Positions 9,762 through 18,789 of a stretch of 64,000 bases of DNA are shown in pieces. The position numbers were made by a program, and so were the translations under genes. This DNA comes from an uncultured bacterium (GTDB lineage Bacteria; Zixibacteria; MSB-5A5; CAIYYT01): positions 992,001 to 1,056,000 of the forward strand of contig CAVSCK010000004.1 of assembly GCA_963726455.1 (NCBI GenBank), given 5' to 3'. Below the pieces are notes generated by a model. It saw only the letters and a program-made list of their open reading frames with translations. It did no database searches and was not told the origin of the DNA. Each line of letters opens with the position of its first letter. Position 1 is the first letter of the stretch.

Positions 9762-11559
9762 GTTGCATACTCCTTCTCAGCTTTCCGAACAACCAGATGG
9801 CGCGCTTGCCGAAATGCGTCTGCTCAATCGCATAGTGGCCGGACAACGAGGCGCCGGAAAGTTCAAGCGCAATCTTGTTGGGAGTGGATTGATCGAGGCC
9901 ATTGATCACACCCTGATCGACCAGAGCGACGCGACCGGAAGGACGTTCGCAATGTGGCGAGTTGTCGATTTGTTGGCATACCTGTCGATGTCCAACCGGC
10001 AGTGTTATGGGATTGCGTCCGCGCAGGCGCAGCACTGACACGCTGTCATCGTGATGAAGTTCGAGCCAGTAGTCGCCGCGGCTGTCGTGCAGCAGGCGGA
10101 AACGATTGTCGCCATTCGTCGGCTTCAGCTTGGTTGCGACAGATGCGAAGTCGGGGTAAGCGTCGCCGATGCAGAGATCGAGATAGACAAATCGATTCCG
10201 ATCATGCTTGTCAGGATGCACCACGATGATTTCGCCGGTGTGCAGGTGCGAGGTCTTTCCGATCAGACGATGACAAGTTGGCGTTTCAGTTTCAATGGAC
10301 GTTCTGAATTCGACAAAGTAGTTCGACTTCCCATTCGCTTGCGGCTCGATGACAACTTTGCCGCGCAATTGTTGCTGGTGACGAATCTCGAAGACCTGCG
10401 GCGCATCACTGCCGGCGAGATCGATAATGCGCATTCCTTCGCCACTCCCCTTGCTCGCGGCCTTGTGTTGCAGGTCAACGAAGCGGCAGCGATAATGAGC
10501 CAGCGGCGCAATCGATTGTGAACGAGTGAAACGCTTTGTGAGAATCGCCTTGCGTTCGATCAGTGAAAGTCGCGACAGATCGGCGCCATCCAGACGATAA
10601 AGATCGACCAGACTCAGAAAACAGCGCGGCTGCTTCCTTCCAGAGGAATACTCTCGCAACGTCTCAAGCGATAGACGGCTGGCGCCTTTTACCGGAATCA
10701 GTTGCGCCAGTACTCGGAAGTCGGCGACGCCAGATGAGCCGGTGAGTTCGTCCAGAATCGGATCGGTGAAACACGTGCCGTCAAGTTTCGTCGCCGTGAG
10801 TTTGCCGGCGCGCGAGTCGATATCGAGCCAGATGCCGTGATAGAGTGGCTCGATCAGAATTTCATCGAGTGGGGTTTTGAGTTTCGCAAGGTCAAAGAAG
10901 ACCTCGGCCCGCGAGCGCCAGAACGTGTCGGTTGAATCCGTGAAGTCGACATCGGCGGCCAGCGAACTCACGCGCGTGTTGGGGACGGCGCCACGATAGA
11001 CGAGCGAGACTTCCAGCACTTTTTCAATCTGCTTGTAGAAGTAGAATGCGCGTACCTCCCTGCCGCCAAGGCGAACGACTTCATTAAGGCGGTGCCGGCA
11101 ATGCCGCATATCTTCGCGACAGATGCAGCATTCCGGTTTGCCGTAAAGAAATCCGAGGGAACATTCTTTGTAGATGCCGGATTCGATGCCGGCCTTCAAC
11201 GTGTCGGCGTCGCGTTGATCGCGGTGCCAGTAGAACCAGGCCTGCAACCAGGGAGTGCCGTCGCGAGGAACAACTTCGCTTTTGAAGACGCGGCCGATCG
11301 GCAGTTCCTGTTTCTTGTGCCCAACCATGACCGGCGCATCGACGATCAGTTGTGCGAGTTGTGTCAACTCAGTGATCTCGAAACAGCCGCCCTGCAGGTT
11401 GACTTCGTTCGATGCCGCCTGCAAGAGGCCGAGATAGACGTTGTCGGCTGTGACCGATTGCGACGGCTGCACGACGCGGTTGATTTCATCGATAAGTTCC
11501 TGTCGATCGCCCAACTCACCGGCGGCTGAGATCGACAATGAACCAATAAGCTTTTCCAC
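9745..11559 (-). CDS. Prohead protease fused to degenerate ATP-dependent DNA ligase and LigD phosphoesterase-like domains
   Basis: GTG 11559 after GAGGAGG; protease motifs PVMVGH, PIGRVF, GIYKECSLGF...CCIC...C.H, LEVSLVYRGA; ligase-like IEPLYHG, DLYRLDGADLSRLSLIERKAIL, GEGM; PE-like LVDQG...LELSGASLSGHY...WLFGK. Confidence 0.75.
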   Translation of the reverse strand: MEKLIGSLSISAAGELGDRQELIDEINRVVQPSQSVTADNVYLGLLQAASNEVNLQGGCFEITELTQLAQLIVDAPVMVGHKKQELPIGRVFKSEVVPRDGTPWLQAWFYWHRDQRDADTLKAGIESGIYKECSLGFLYGKPECCICREDMRHCRHRLNEVVRLGGREVRAFYFYKQIEKVLEVSLVYRGAVPNTRVSSLAADVDFTDSTDTFWRSRAEVFFDLAKLKTPLDEILIEPLYHGIWLDIDSRAGKLTATKLDGTCFTDPILDELTGSSGVADFRVLAQLIPVKGASRLSLETLREYSSGRKQPRCFLSLVDLYRLDGADLSRLSLIERKAILTKRFTRSQSIAPLAHYRCRFVDLQHKAASKGSGEGMRIIDLAGSDAPQVFEIRHQQQLRGKVVIEPQANGKSNYFVEFRTSIETETPTCHRLIGKTSHLHTGEIIVVHPDKHDRNRFVYLDLCIGDAYPDFASVATKLKPTNGDNRFRLLHDSRGDYWLELHHDDSVSVLRLRGRNPITLPVGHRQVCQQIDNSPHCERPSGRVALVDQGVINGLDQSTPNKIALELSGASLSGHYAIEQTHFGKRAIWLFGKLRRSMQHEQTV

Positions 11560-11795
11560 TGTACCTCCTCGGGGCTTACCACATGCCCTCACTTATGTCC
11601 GCCATGTGGATTTATCCTCAAGAGCACTACAAAAATTCGGGGGCCCGTTGAAGACGTAAGTCGCTGTTGGGCAACAACGGGAAATGTGCACACGTTTGCG
11701 CAAGAAACCGGGTTGTTGCGGGTCGGATTTACCAGCAAAAATATTTTCGTGATGCTGGACAATGTGTTACGATGTTTTTGGGCTTGACAGGTCTG

Positions 11796-11810
11796 GGCAC
11801 GAGAGTTGCT
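11796..11810 (+). promoter_or_regulatory. sigma54 -24/-12 promoter for the PEP-CTERM gene
   Basis: GGCACGAGAGTTGCT matches GGCACG-N4-TTGC, 30 bp upstream of the start. Confidence 0.7.
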
Positions 11811-11840
11811 TGAGTATGTGTCGCAAGAAGGAGGAAATTC

Positions 11841-12176
11841 TTGGAACGTACAATGACTTATCTGAAGCTGCTCGGTATCCTGATCGGGATCGTGATGACG
11901 ATTCTCTGTTTGGGTTACACGAATGCCTACGGAATAACCGCTCCGCATTTTCTGATGAACAATCAGAACGGCGGCACGAACTCGACCGGCCTTACCAGTG
12001 GTGGCGACATAACTGACGAGGTCAGGATTCTGGGGGACAGATTCAATCAGGATAATCTGGACGGCACCAATTCGACCGGCGATGAAAAGAGTCCGCCGTC
12101 GATTCCGGAACCGGCGACGCTGATACTGTTGGGCACCGGTCTGGTTGGTGTCAAGCTGTTCAGACGGCGCCATTAG
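11841..12176 (+). CDS. Small PEP-CTERM sorting-domain protein
   Basis: Signal peptide; C-terminal IPEPATLILLGTGLVGVKLFRRRH; RBS AAGGAGG before TTG. Confidence 0.9.
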   Translation: MERTMTYLKLLGILIGIVMTILCLGYTNAYGITAPHFLMNNQNGGTNSTGLTSGGDITDEVRILGDRFNQDNLDGTNSTGDEKSPPSIPEPATLILLGTGLVGVKLFRRRH

Positions 12177-13504
12177 ATTTCACTCAGGCGAAAGCCGGGG
12201 CTGATTCCACGATTTGCAACAACTTTCGCCTGCCACAGCGCCAGCGCCAAAGCCATACAGGCATCGGCAGTGGTGTTTTCCTCCCAACTCAATTCACGTA
12301 ATTCCTCGGTAAACGACCAGTAGTCGTTGTTGGCCGTCGTCAATTCGATGGACGGAATGGCGACATTGCTCGATTCGAATTGCGATTGCAGATTCGTGAG
12401 CAACTCAGGTTTGGATTTCGGCGAGAAGATGAAGCCGATGGCTTTGATGTCCTGCAATTCCTGCAGTACGACATCGCCGGCGCCGGTGGCATCAATGATG
12501 GTGTCACCGCCGAATTCGCGTTGACGTTGGCGAATCGTTTCGAAGACGTTCGGCCAGTCGCGACGATGGAAGCGTTCGAGTTTGACGACTTGGTGCGGAC
12601 GCGTGGTGACATCGAGCGTAATGCCGACGGTATATGTCTGTTTGCGCGCGAGATCCCAGCCATGAATGTAGCGATGATGCGGTAGTTTCTCCGACATTCC
12701 GGTTGATTGCGACAGCGCCTGCTGAATGTACTCCTCCCCTAACACCGCATTTCCCGAATCGACGAACATGCCATAGATGTTTTGTTGAACGCGCGTTTGC
12801 GGCAGCGATTCGATTTTGGCGCAGAGGTATTCGCTGGAGAGAAAGGGATTGTCGGTTGATCTGCCGGAGTGAACATAGCCCGTATCAGGTTGCGATTGGA
12901 GTTCAAGATATTTGCGATGGAACCAATTGCGTCCGCGCGGAGTCGAGACCAGGTCGAGCATGCCCTTGCGGTCAGCGAGGCGCATAGTCAAGACTTCGTT
13001 GACGACATAGTCAGGATGCAACTCAAAGGCGACCTCGTCGAAATTGATGTAGTCGTAATCATGGCCGAGAATATGTTCGCCGCGATTCTGCGACGTGCGG
13101 GCCGTGATTTCGGCGCCGTTGCCGAGTTCGATTTTGGGATACGGCGTGTAGGTGACTTTGTCGACGAGCAACTCGACCAGCGATTTGCCTTTGATGAGAT
13201 TGAGGCAATTCGTGAAGATGATGTTGGCCTGATCCTGCGTGATGGAAACATTGAGCACTCGGTAACGGCCCGCGGAATCGAAGCGCGTGTCGCGATGGCG
13301 ATAGACGGCGCGGTGAATAATCTTGGCGGCCTGAATCGTTGATTTGCCCCAACGGTTGCCGGTCACGAGCAGGTTCTGACCGCAGGTTGAATTTGTCAGC
13401 CAGGCGGCTTGTCCCGGATGGGGATCGAGTTCGAGAAATTCGCGGCAGAAAAGCACGGGATCGGTGACGGCTTTTCGCCAGCGGCTGTGTTTACCTACGC
13501 GCAT
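12173..13504 (-). CDS. terL: Terminase large subunit
   Basis: Walker A TGNRWGKS, Walker B YINFDE, coupling motif STPRG, nuclease motifs GWDLA, IIDATG, ADACMALALA. Confidence 0.9.
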   Translation of the reverse strand: MRVGKHSRWRKAVTDPVLFCREFLELDPHPGQAAWLTNSTCGQNLLVTGNRWGKSTIQAAKIIHRAVYRHRDTRFDSAGRYRVLNVSITQDQANIIFTNCLNLIKGKSLVELLVDKVTYTPYPKIELGNGAEITARTSQNRGEHILGHDYDYINFDEVAFELHPDYVVNEVLTMRLADRKGMLDLVSTPRGRNWFHRKYLELQSQPDTGYVHSGRSTDNPFLSSEYLCAKIESLPQTRVQQNIYGMFVDSGNAVLGEEYIQQALSQSTGMSEKLPHHRYIHGWDLARKQTYTVGITLDVTTRPHQVVKLERFHRRDWPNVFETIRQRQREFGGDTIIDATGAGDVVLQELQDIKAIGFIFSPKSKPELLTNLQSQFESSNVAIPSIELTTANNDYWSFTEELRELSWEENTTADACMALALALWQAKVVANRGISPGFRLSEI

Positions 13505-13554
13505 AGGGTGACCTTTCTATTCTGTGAGACACAGGTGTTTCGATGGGACACGGA

Positions 13555-13890
13555 ACACACCCCTTGATCCCCTCTCGAGAGGGGAAAACAACAAACGGCT
13601 CATCTCGCGGCTGGAAAAGAGAGCGTCAAGACCGAAGCGGTTTTGATCTATAACTACTACACCTACGCGCATGGGCATGATAGATTGCCTCCTCCTGTCT
13701 TCGGACAATCAGGAATGTTTGACCTACGAGGCCTCTTGATGCAAGGCGCGTTACGAGAGGGACAAACAGGAATGTTTATCCTACCGAACTGCTCACACTT
13801 GCATACGCCGGCATAGATTCTATTACCCATTCGTACATCGCAACAAACTTCCCTCACCCCTAGCCCCTCTCCCAATGGGAGAGGGGAAGA
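13555..13890. repeat. Host REP-like palindrome cluster between portal and terL
   Basis: ACACCCCTTGATCCCCTCTCGAGAGGGGAA, GGACAAACAGGAATGTTTATCC and CCCTCACCCCTAGCCCCTCTCCCAATGGGAGAGGGG; same families as the intergenic clusters at 18.8-30.4 kb. Confidence 0.85.
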
Positions 13891-14021
13891 GGGTGTTGGG
13901 GGATGAAGTGCGGGGTGGTGTGAGGATGATGAGGGTGACATTGCTTCTCCTGACTAGACTAGCGATGGACGAGGGCTGCGTTTTCGCAGCGTCGCAGGTC
14001 GTCTATTCCATACTTGGCGGA

Positions 14022-15302
14022 TCACTGCATCCGTGACAGTTCGCGTAAGGCCTGATCGTGTGTGATCAGTTTGTTGTCGAGCTTGGTGATGATGTTTTCG
14101 AGCATGATCTTTTCGGCCTGGGCGCGGTCGGCGATGCCGATGGTGATGCGGTTGTCGAAATGAGAACGGACTTCGACATTGAATCCGAGGAGCGCCAGTT
14201 CAACGTTGGCAATCCAATCAATCAGCGATGCCGCCGCCTGCTGCACGGTGGCGACCTGCCGCTGCACGAGTTCATACTTGAACTCGGCCCAGTTGTGCGT
14301 GGTGCCATACGCGTAGCCGAGCATGAAGGGCGCGAGATTGGTGCCGGCGCAGATGTCCTCGATCATGGCCTTGTGGTTCATGTACCAAGCCGTCGACGCG
14401 GAAGATTTGGACGACGGGCCGATGTATTCGATCTTGACATCGTTCCAGGTGACCGGATTCTTGTCGGGGCCGAAGTCGTGCATCATCTCGACGGTGTCAT
14501 CGAAATAGGAATTGGCGCGGCGGTAATAGTCCTCTTCGGTTTCGTCGGCGCGGCGTTCCGGTGGCGTGAGTTGCACGTGAATGCGGTGGTAGCCGGAGCT
14601 GCGCATGGAGCGATGCATGTCATTGATCAGGGTTTGCTCGACGCGGGCGACGAAAGGAATCGAATGTAGCAGCGAGCGGCCGACAACATTGCCGGGTTGC
14701 GTGCCGAGACCGTAGTAGAAGATCGATTGGTCGTTGAGCGGGATTTTGTGTTCGTCGAAAGATTGATACAGCCGATGGTGGTCGCCCTCCTGCTCGACCG
14801 TGATGGACAACATATCCGCGAGCAGAAATCGTTCGACGCGATTGCGCGAGGGCGTAAGTTGCAGCTCGCCGCAGATGGCGCCGTCGGTGAAGAGTGATTC
14901 GAAAAATTGGAGTAGCAGTTCGCGAAAGCCGCCGCGCTTCATCAGCCCGTCGCGGAAAATGCGGGCATCAAGATCGGCAAGCGCCGTGCGGATACGGTCT
15001 TCCTCGGAAGCCGAGACATCGCCGACGACCTGGAAGTCATAGTCAGCAGCGCAGAGCCGCACCCAGGTCCAGACGACGGCGTTGAGAACGGGGACGTGGT
15101 CGCGCAGGAAACGGTAGAGCTGCCGCCGCGCGCGGTCGGTTTCGGCGGCGTCAACCGGAAGGCGGGGATTGAGTTCGAGGAATGAAGCGCGCAGCCGGGG
15201 GCGGGATTTGAGGCCCGCCGGTACGTCTAACTTGTTGGTCTTGCGCAGGTTCTCGTTGATTGTGGCATTGTTGCGCCGTTTTCGCCAAAAGTCTGTGATC
15301 AT
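14022..15302 (-). CDS. Phage portal protein
   Basis: 426 aa, RBS AGGAGG; LYRFLRDHVPVL, GRSLLHSIPF, ICAGTNLAPFMLG; adjacent to terL. Confidence 0.8.
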   Translation of the reverse strand: MITDFWRKRRNNATINENLRKTNKLDVPAGLKSRPRLRASFLELNPRLPVDAAETDRARRQLYRFLRDHVPVLNAVVWTWVRLCAADYDFQVVGDVSASEEDRIRTALADLDARIFRDGLMKRGGFRELLLQFFESLFTDGAICGELQLTPSRNRVERFLLADMLSITVEQEGDHHRLYQSFDEHKIPLNDQSIFYYGLGTQPGNVVGRSLLHSIPFVARVEQTLINDMHRSMRSSGYHRIHVQLTPPERRADETEEDYYRRANSYFDDTVEMMHDFGPDKNPVTWNDVKIEYIGPSSKSSASTAWYMNHKAMIEDICAGTNLAPFMLGYAYGTTHNWAEFKYELVQRQVATVQQAAASLIDWIANVELALLGFNVEVRSHFDNRITIGIADRAQAEKIMLENIITKLDNKLITHDQALRELSRMQ

Positions 15303-15376
15303 GTTTCGATAGTCCTCCTACTTATGGGGGCGACCAAGATTTTTGGTGTTCGGCGCTACAAAAATGCAAAAAGGAC

Positions 15377-15407
15377 TTGCGCGTCAACGCTGGCTTGATT
15401 ATATAAT
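15377..15407 (+). promoter_or_regulatory. Putative sigma70 promoter for a small RNA
   Basis: TTGCGC ... TATATAAT directly upstream of the 15419-15506 hairpin. Confidence 0.5.
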
Positions 15408-15410
15408 CAC

Positions 15411-15514
15411 CGGAAACCCGAGTGTTGTTGTTGGTTTAGACACAAGCCAAAAGCATTCAAAGATCTCCAACTTGTGTTCCCCGCAATAGCCAACACACAA
15501 CACTCGCTTTTTTT
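15411..15514 (+). ncRNA. Candidate ~100-nt small RNA (long interrupted hairpin followed by T7)
   Basis: CGAGTGTTGT/ACAACACTCG, TGTTGGTT/AGCCAACA and ACACAAG/CTTGTGT pair; TTTTTTT at 15508-15514; no ORF. Confidence 0.55.
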
Positions 15515-15698
15515 GCGTAAGCGCCGCACAAACTGCGATCAGCTAATCTCAAGCCACACAAACTCTTAGTGTTTTCGGGACAACATTTCTGTTTAGGTCA
15601 TGGGCGCAGTTACTGCTCTGCGTTGACTGCGCCGGAATGCCCCTCAGTTAAGAGCTTGTATTTCAGTCAGTTACGAAATGGCAAATAAGAGAAGTGCG

Positions 15699-15712
15699 GG
15701 CATGCAATTTGT
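15699..15712 (+). promoter_or_regulatory. sigma54-like promoter
   Basis: GGCATGCAATTTGT (one -12 mismatch), preceded by IHF-like TTTCAGTCAGTTA. Confidence 0.4.
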
Positions 15713-15723
15713 TAGAGTTAGGG

Positions 15724-16135
15724 GCAGAAATGGGTTGAACAAAACCGTGTCAAGGATCACAGTAATGTCAAACGACAACCTGTTTCTAACGAAGCGTTTT
15801 GCATTACCGATTGGTGGGGAGATCTAACGGGTCTCCTCACTGAAACTGAGGACCTAACCGCTAAAGTTGAGATGGCGGGAAGTTTCGTCAAAGCAGCGCA
15901 GTTTTGACATCGTAGTAATGTTGCTTCTTTGGGATTAGAATCGGGAGGATAATTGCGAGATTGTCCTCCCGGGATGAAAGTGAGATAGAGGACAACAGAG
16001 GACAGGGAGACAGAGTAACAAAGCCCGCAATTATTTTACATACCTACCTACAAGACCTTGAGTTACCGGGTTAGTAGTAACGACAAGTTGCTCAAGCAAG
16101 GCCGGATCCGAGCCCTCGGAGCCCGGCCTTGTTAT
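15724..16135 (+). ncRNA. Candidate structured RNA with a 20-aa sORF (15765-15827)
   Basis: Hairpins at 15830-15854, 15858-15878, 15887-15908 and 15942-15971; G-U pairs consistent only with the plus strand; sORF MSNDNLFLTKRFALPIGGEI after AAGGA. Confidence 0.4.
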
Positions 16136-16138
16136 TTT
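16097..16138. terminator. GC-rich hairpin, probable terminator
   Basis: CAAGGCCGG...CCGGCCTTG just downstream of the 16150 stop. Confidence 0.55.
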
Positions 16139-16149
16139 GGTGTAATCCC

Positions 16150-18651
16150 CTATTTGCAGGAGGCGCAGGGAGCGGGACCGCTCAGAAAAATGTAGTTCAC
16201 GAGGTAAACGGCGTCGGCAATCGTGATGGAACCATCGCAGTCGGCGTCAGCCGACGTTGACGCGGAAGTGCAGTCGAGGAAGATGTAGCATATGAGATAA
16301 ACAGCATCAGCGATGTTGACAGATGCATCAGCATTGGCGTCGCCGCAGTTTTGCGGAGGAAAGCCAGCGAACTTTGTGACGAAGGTTTCCTCACTATAAG
16401 GATGATGCGATCCCTGAAAAGGATTCAAAGTTGGAAAGTCGAAGGATTGTGTGTGTCCGGTGACATAAACATTTCCTTGACGATCTACGGCGATTCCAGA
16501 TCCCAGATCCTCACCCGATCCTCCAAGATGGGTGCTATAGATCAACTGATTACCGGTGCTGTTCAACTTGGTTACGAAGGCGTTGTAAATGCTCCCGTAC
16601 CACGAAAGTGGATTCTCAACTGGAAAATCCCATGACCAAGTCTGGCCAGTAACGTAGGCGTTCTGATCTTGATCGACGGCTATGCCGAATCCGACATCAT
16701 GACTTTCTCCTCCCAGGAATGTGCTATACTCCAAGCTGTCGCCTGTGCTACAAAGCTTGGTCACGAACGCATCTACAATACGGGGCCCCCACTGGAAGGG
16801 ATTTTGAATTGGAAAGTCCCAAGAATATGTGTATCCAGTTACATAGGCATGTCCGCCGAGATCTATAGCCAGAGCCCAAGGTTCGTCGTTATCGCTGCCT
16901 CCGAGGTAGGTGCCGTATATGAGATCGCTCCCATCACCGTCGAGCTTAACTACGAAAACATCGCTATAGCCTCGATTAAACGATTGGACAGGATTCATAG
17001 TGGGGAAATTGGTGGAAGTGGTAATGCCCGCCACGTAAACATAGCCCATGCTGTCGACTCCGATGCCCCGGCCGTCATCGCGGTCGTTGCCTCCCAGATA
17101 AGTGCTGAAGATCAAGTCGGAACCATCCGGAGAAAACTTCGCGACGAAGGCGTCCCGACTACCCCCTTGGAATATCGATTGGATGGCGTTGTCTGTGGGG
17201 AAATTCGTAGAATAGGCTGTGCCTGTTACGTAGGCACACCCATCACTGCTGACCGCGATGGAAGTACCTCTATCCATTCCCTCTCCGCCGAGGTAGGTGC
17301 TGTATACAAGACTGTCGCCTGATGAGACCATCCTAACGACGAATGCGTTTGTTGCTCCGCGCACAATTGATTGAAAAGCATTCCTTGTCGGGAAATCGCC
17401 TGAAGAGGTTACGCCAGTTACATACACGTCGCCACCGTCGGTCACGGCAATACTTGCCCCCCCGTCGTCCCCTTGCCCCCCTAAGCAGGTGCTGAAGATT
17501 AGAGTCCCTGTGGGGCTAAACTTTGCGATGTAAGCACTGGCGCGGAGGCTGTCTGGCACATGCTGGATTGCTTGCCTCTCTGGAAAATCAGGCGAATATG
17601 TTAATCCTGTTGTATATGAGTTTCCGTCCCTATCGGTTGCGATCCCCGAACCGAAATCTGCAGATTCCCCGCCGAGAAAGGTACTAAAGACAAGCTGTAC
17701 CCCGCGAGTACTCGGCTCCTTGGTGGTTGCCGAACTAGCTCGTGTGTCACAATCCCACGAAAGACTGCATTTGCCAGAAAGCAGGCCGAGGCGCGACGAA
17801 ACCAGGGATGATTTCATGTCGCCCCATTTGGTGGAAAGGATCTGGTTGCCTTCGGAATTGAGAGAGGTGGAGTCGGCGCCGTCGTAGGTGATTTTGATCT
17901 GCGCGAGGTCGGCATTGGGAGCGGCGATAAATTCGTAGGATGCCTGGTTGTTGACATCGCCGGAGAATTTGAGGTCGATGCCGGGATAGATATCTTTGAG
18001 AATGATTGATTCGTAGTTCGGGACGTTGGTGTGCCATTTCGTCGGGTCGTTGCCGAGGAAGTAGTTGCATTTGTATTCCAGGAGGCCAGCGGCGACGATT
18101 TCGGGATTGGGATTGGCGTTGACGAATTTGGCGGTGATGACGAGTTGGTCGATGGAGTCCGGGGAGGACACACCCCTTGGTCCCCTCTCAAGAGGGGAAA
18201 AAGGTGCGTCAAAACCGAAGCGGTTTTGACCTACCTCCCCTGCCCCGAATGATTCTGGATTCCCGCCTTCGCGGGAATGACGCGTGTCCGTGTCGCTGAA
18301 TGAGCCTGGATTCCCGCCTTCGCGGGTATGACGCGTGTCCGTGTCGCCGAATGAGCCCGGATTCCCGCCTTCGCGGGGATGACTCTCAAAGGAGTCGAAC
18401 GGGTCGGCAGATGCCGATGTGTTGACGCGGCGGATGAATTGGTAGGTGATGCCGTCTTTGGTGAACCACATTGTGGCACCGCCGGAGGTGGTGCGGAACA
18501 GGACACGGTCGTCCCATTGGCCCATGTTTTTGGTGTAGGCAAGTGGCATTTTGCTGAGAGACTGCGGAACTGACGCGTTGTTGGCGGCAAAAATGGAACC
18601 ACACAGGATGGTGATGACCAGTAATATGAGAATCGATATCAAGCGTGGCAT
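16150..18651 (-). CDS. Secreted SBBP (beta-propeller) repeat protein with C-terminal dockerin-like domain
   Basis: Signal peptide; NYFLGNDPTKW N-domain; ~8 YSTYLGG...IAVD..G.AYVTG.T.S.DFP repeats; CGDANADASVNIADAVYLI. Confidence 0.9.
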   Translation of the reverse strand: MPRLISILILLVITILCGSIFAANNASVPQSLSKMPLAYTKNMGQWDDRVLFRTTSGGATMWFTKDGITYQFIRRVNTSASADPFDSFESHPREGGNPGSFGDTDTRHTREGGNPGSFSDTDTRHSREGGNPESFGAGEVGQNRFGFDAPFSPLERGPRGVSSPDSIDQLVITAKFVNANPNPEIVAAGLLEYKCNYFLGNDPTKWHTNVPNYESIILKDIYPGIDLKFSGDVNNQASYEFIAAPNADLAQIKITYDGADSTSLNSEGNQILSTKWGDMKSSLVSSRLGLLSGKCSLSWDCDTRASSATTKEPSTRGVQLVFSTFLGGESADFGSGIATDRDGNSYTTGLTYSPDFPERQAIQHVPDSLRASAYIAKFSPTGTLIFSTCLGGQGDDGGASIAVTDGGDVYVTGVTSSGDFPTRNAFQSIVRGATNAFVVRMVSSGDSLVYSTYLGGEGMDRGTSIAVSSDGCAYVTGTAYSTNFPTDNAIQSIFQGGSRDAFVAKFSPDGSDLIFSTYLGGNDRDDGRGIGVDSMGYVYVAGITTSTNFPTMNPVQSFNRGYSDVFVVKLDGDGSDLIYGTYLGGSDNDEPWALAIDLGGHAYVTGYTYSWDFPIQNPFQWGPRIVDAFVTKLCSTGDSLEYSTFLGGESHDVGFGIAVDQDQNAYVTGQTWSWDFPVENPLSWYGSIYNAFVTKLNSTGNQLIYSTHLGGSGEDLGSGIAVDRQGNVYVTGHTQSFDFPTLNPFQGSHHPYSEETFVTKFAGFPPQNCGDANADASVNIADAVYLICYIFLDCTSASTSADADCDGSITIADAVYLVNYIFLSGPAPCASCK
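18169..18383. repeat. In-frame palindromic elements inside the CDS (three 51-bp-period units plus one second-family element)
   Basis: GGATTCCCGCCTTCGCGGGxATGAC three times at 51-bp period (HxREGGNP) and ACACCCCTTGGTCCCCTCTCAAGAGGGGAA (SPLERGPRGV). Confidence 0.9.
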
Positions 18652-18705
18652 GATGCCCTCCCGAGTTAGTTGGCCCGGTCAAGAGGAGAGATTTAATGTG
18701 TGAGT

Positions 18706-18733
18706 AAGATAGCGATAATAAATGGCATGTCAA
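18706..18733 (-). promoter_or_regulatory. sigma70 promoter of the first SBBP gene
   Basis: TTGACA-N16-TATCTT; near-identical copy at 21595-21622. Confidence 0.65.
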
Positions 18734-18789
18734 GAAGATTTGCGCGCTCACACCCGGTGGCAGTCGCGCGGGGAGACAGCTGAGATGCG

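Noticed and set aside
13517-13941. Small ORFs containing PSPFGRG/PLPLGEG/ERGRG peptides here and at 18.8, 21.6-22.2, 23.2-23.9, 26.1-26.7 and 29.7-30.4 kb
   Set aside because: Translations of the intergenic palindromic repeats, not genes.
15721-16000. tmRNA or RNase P RNA
   Set aside because: The GGGGC start and AACGACAAC resemble tmRNA, but there is no tag ending in AA and no TTCGA...CCACCA 3' end; RNase P P4 motifs are absent.
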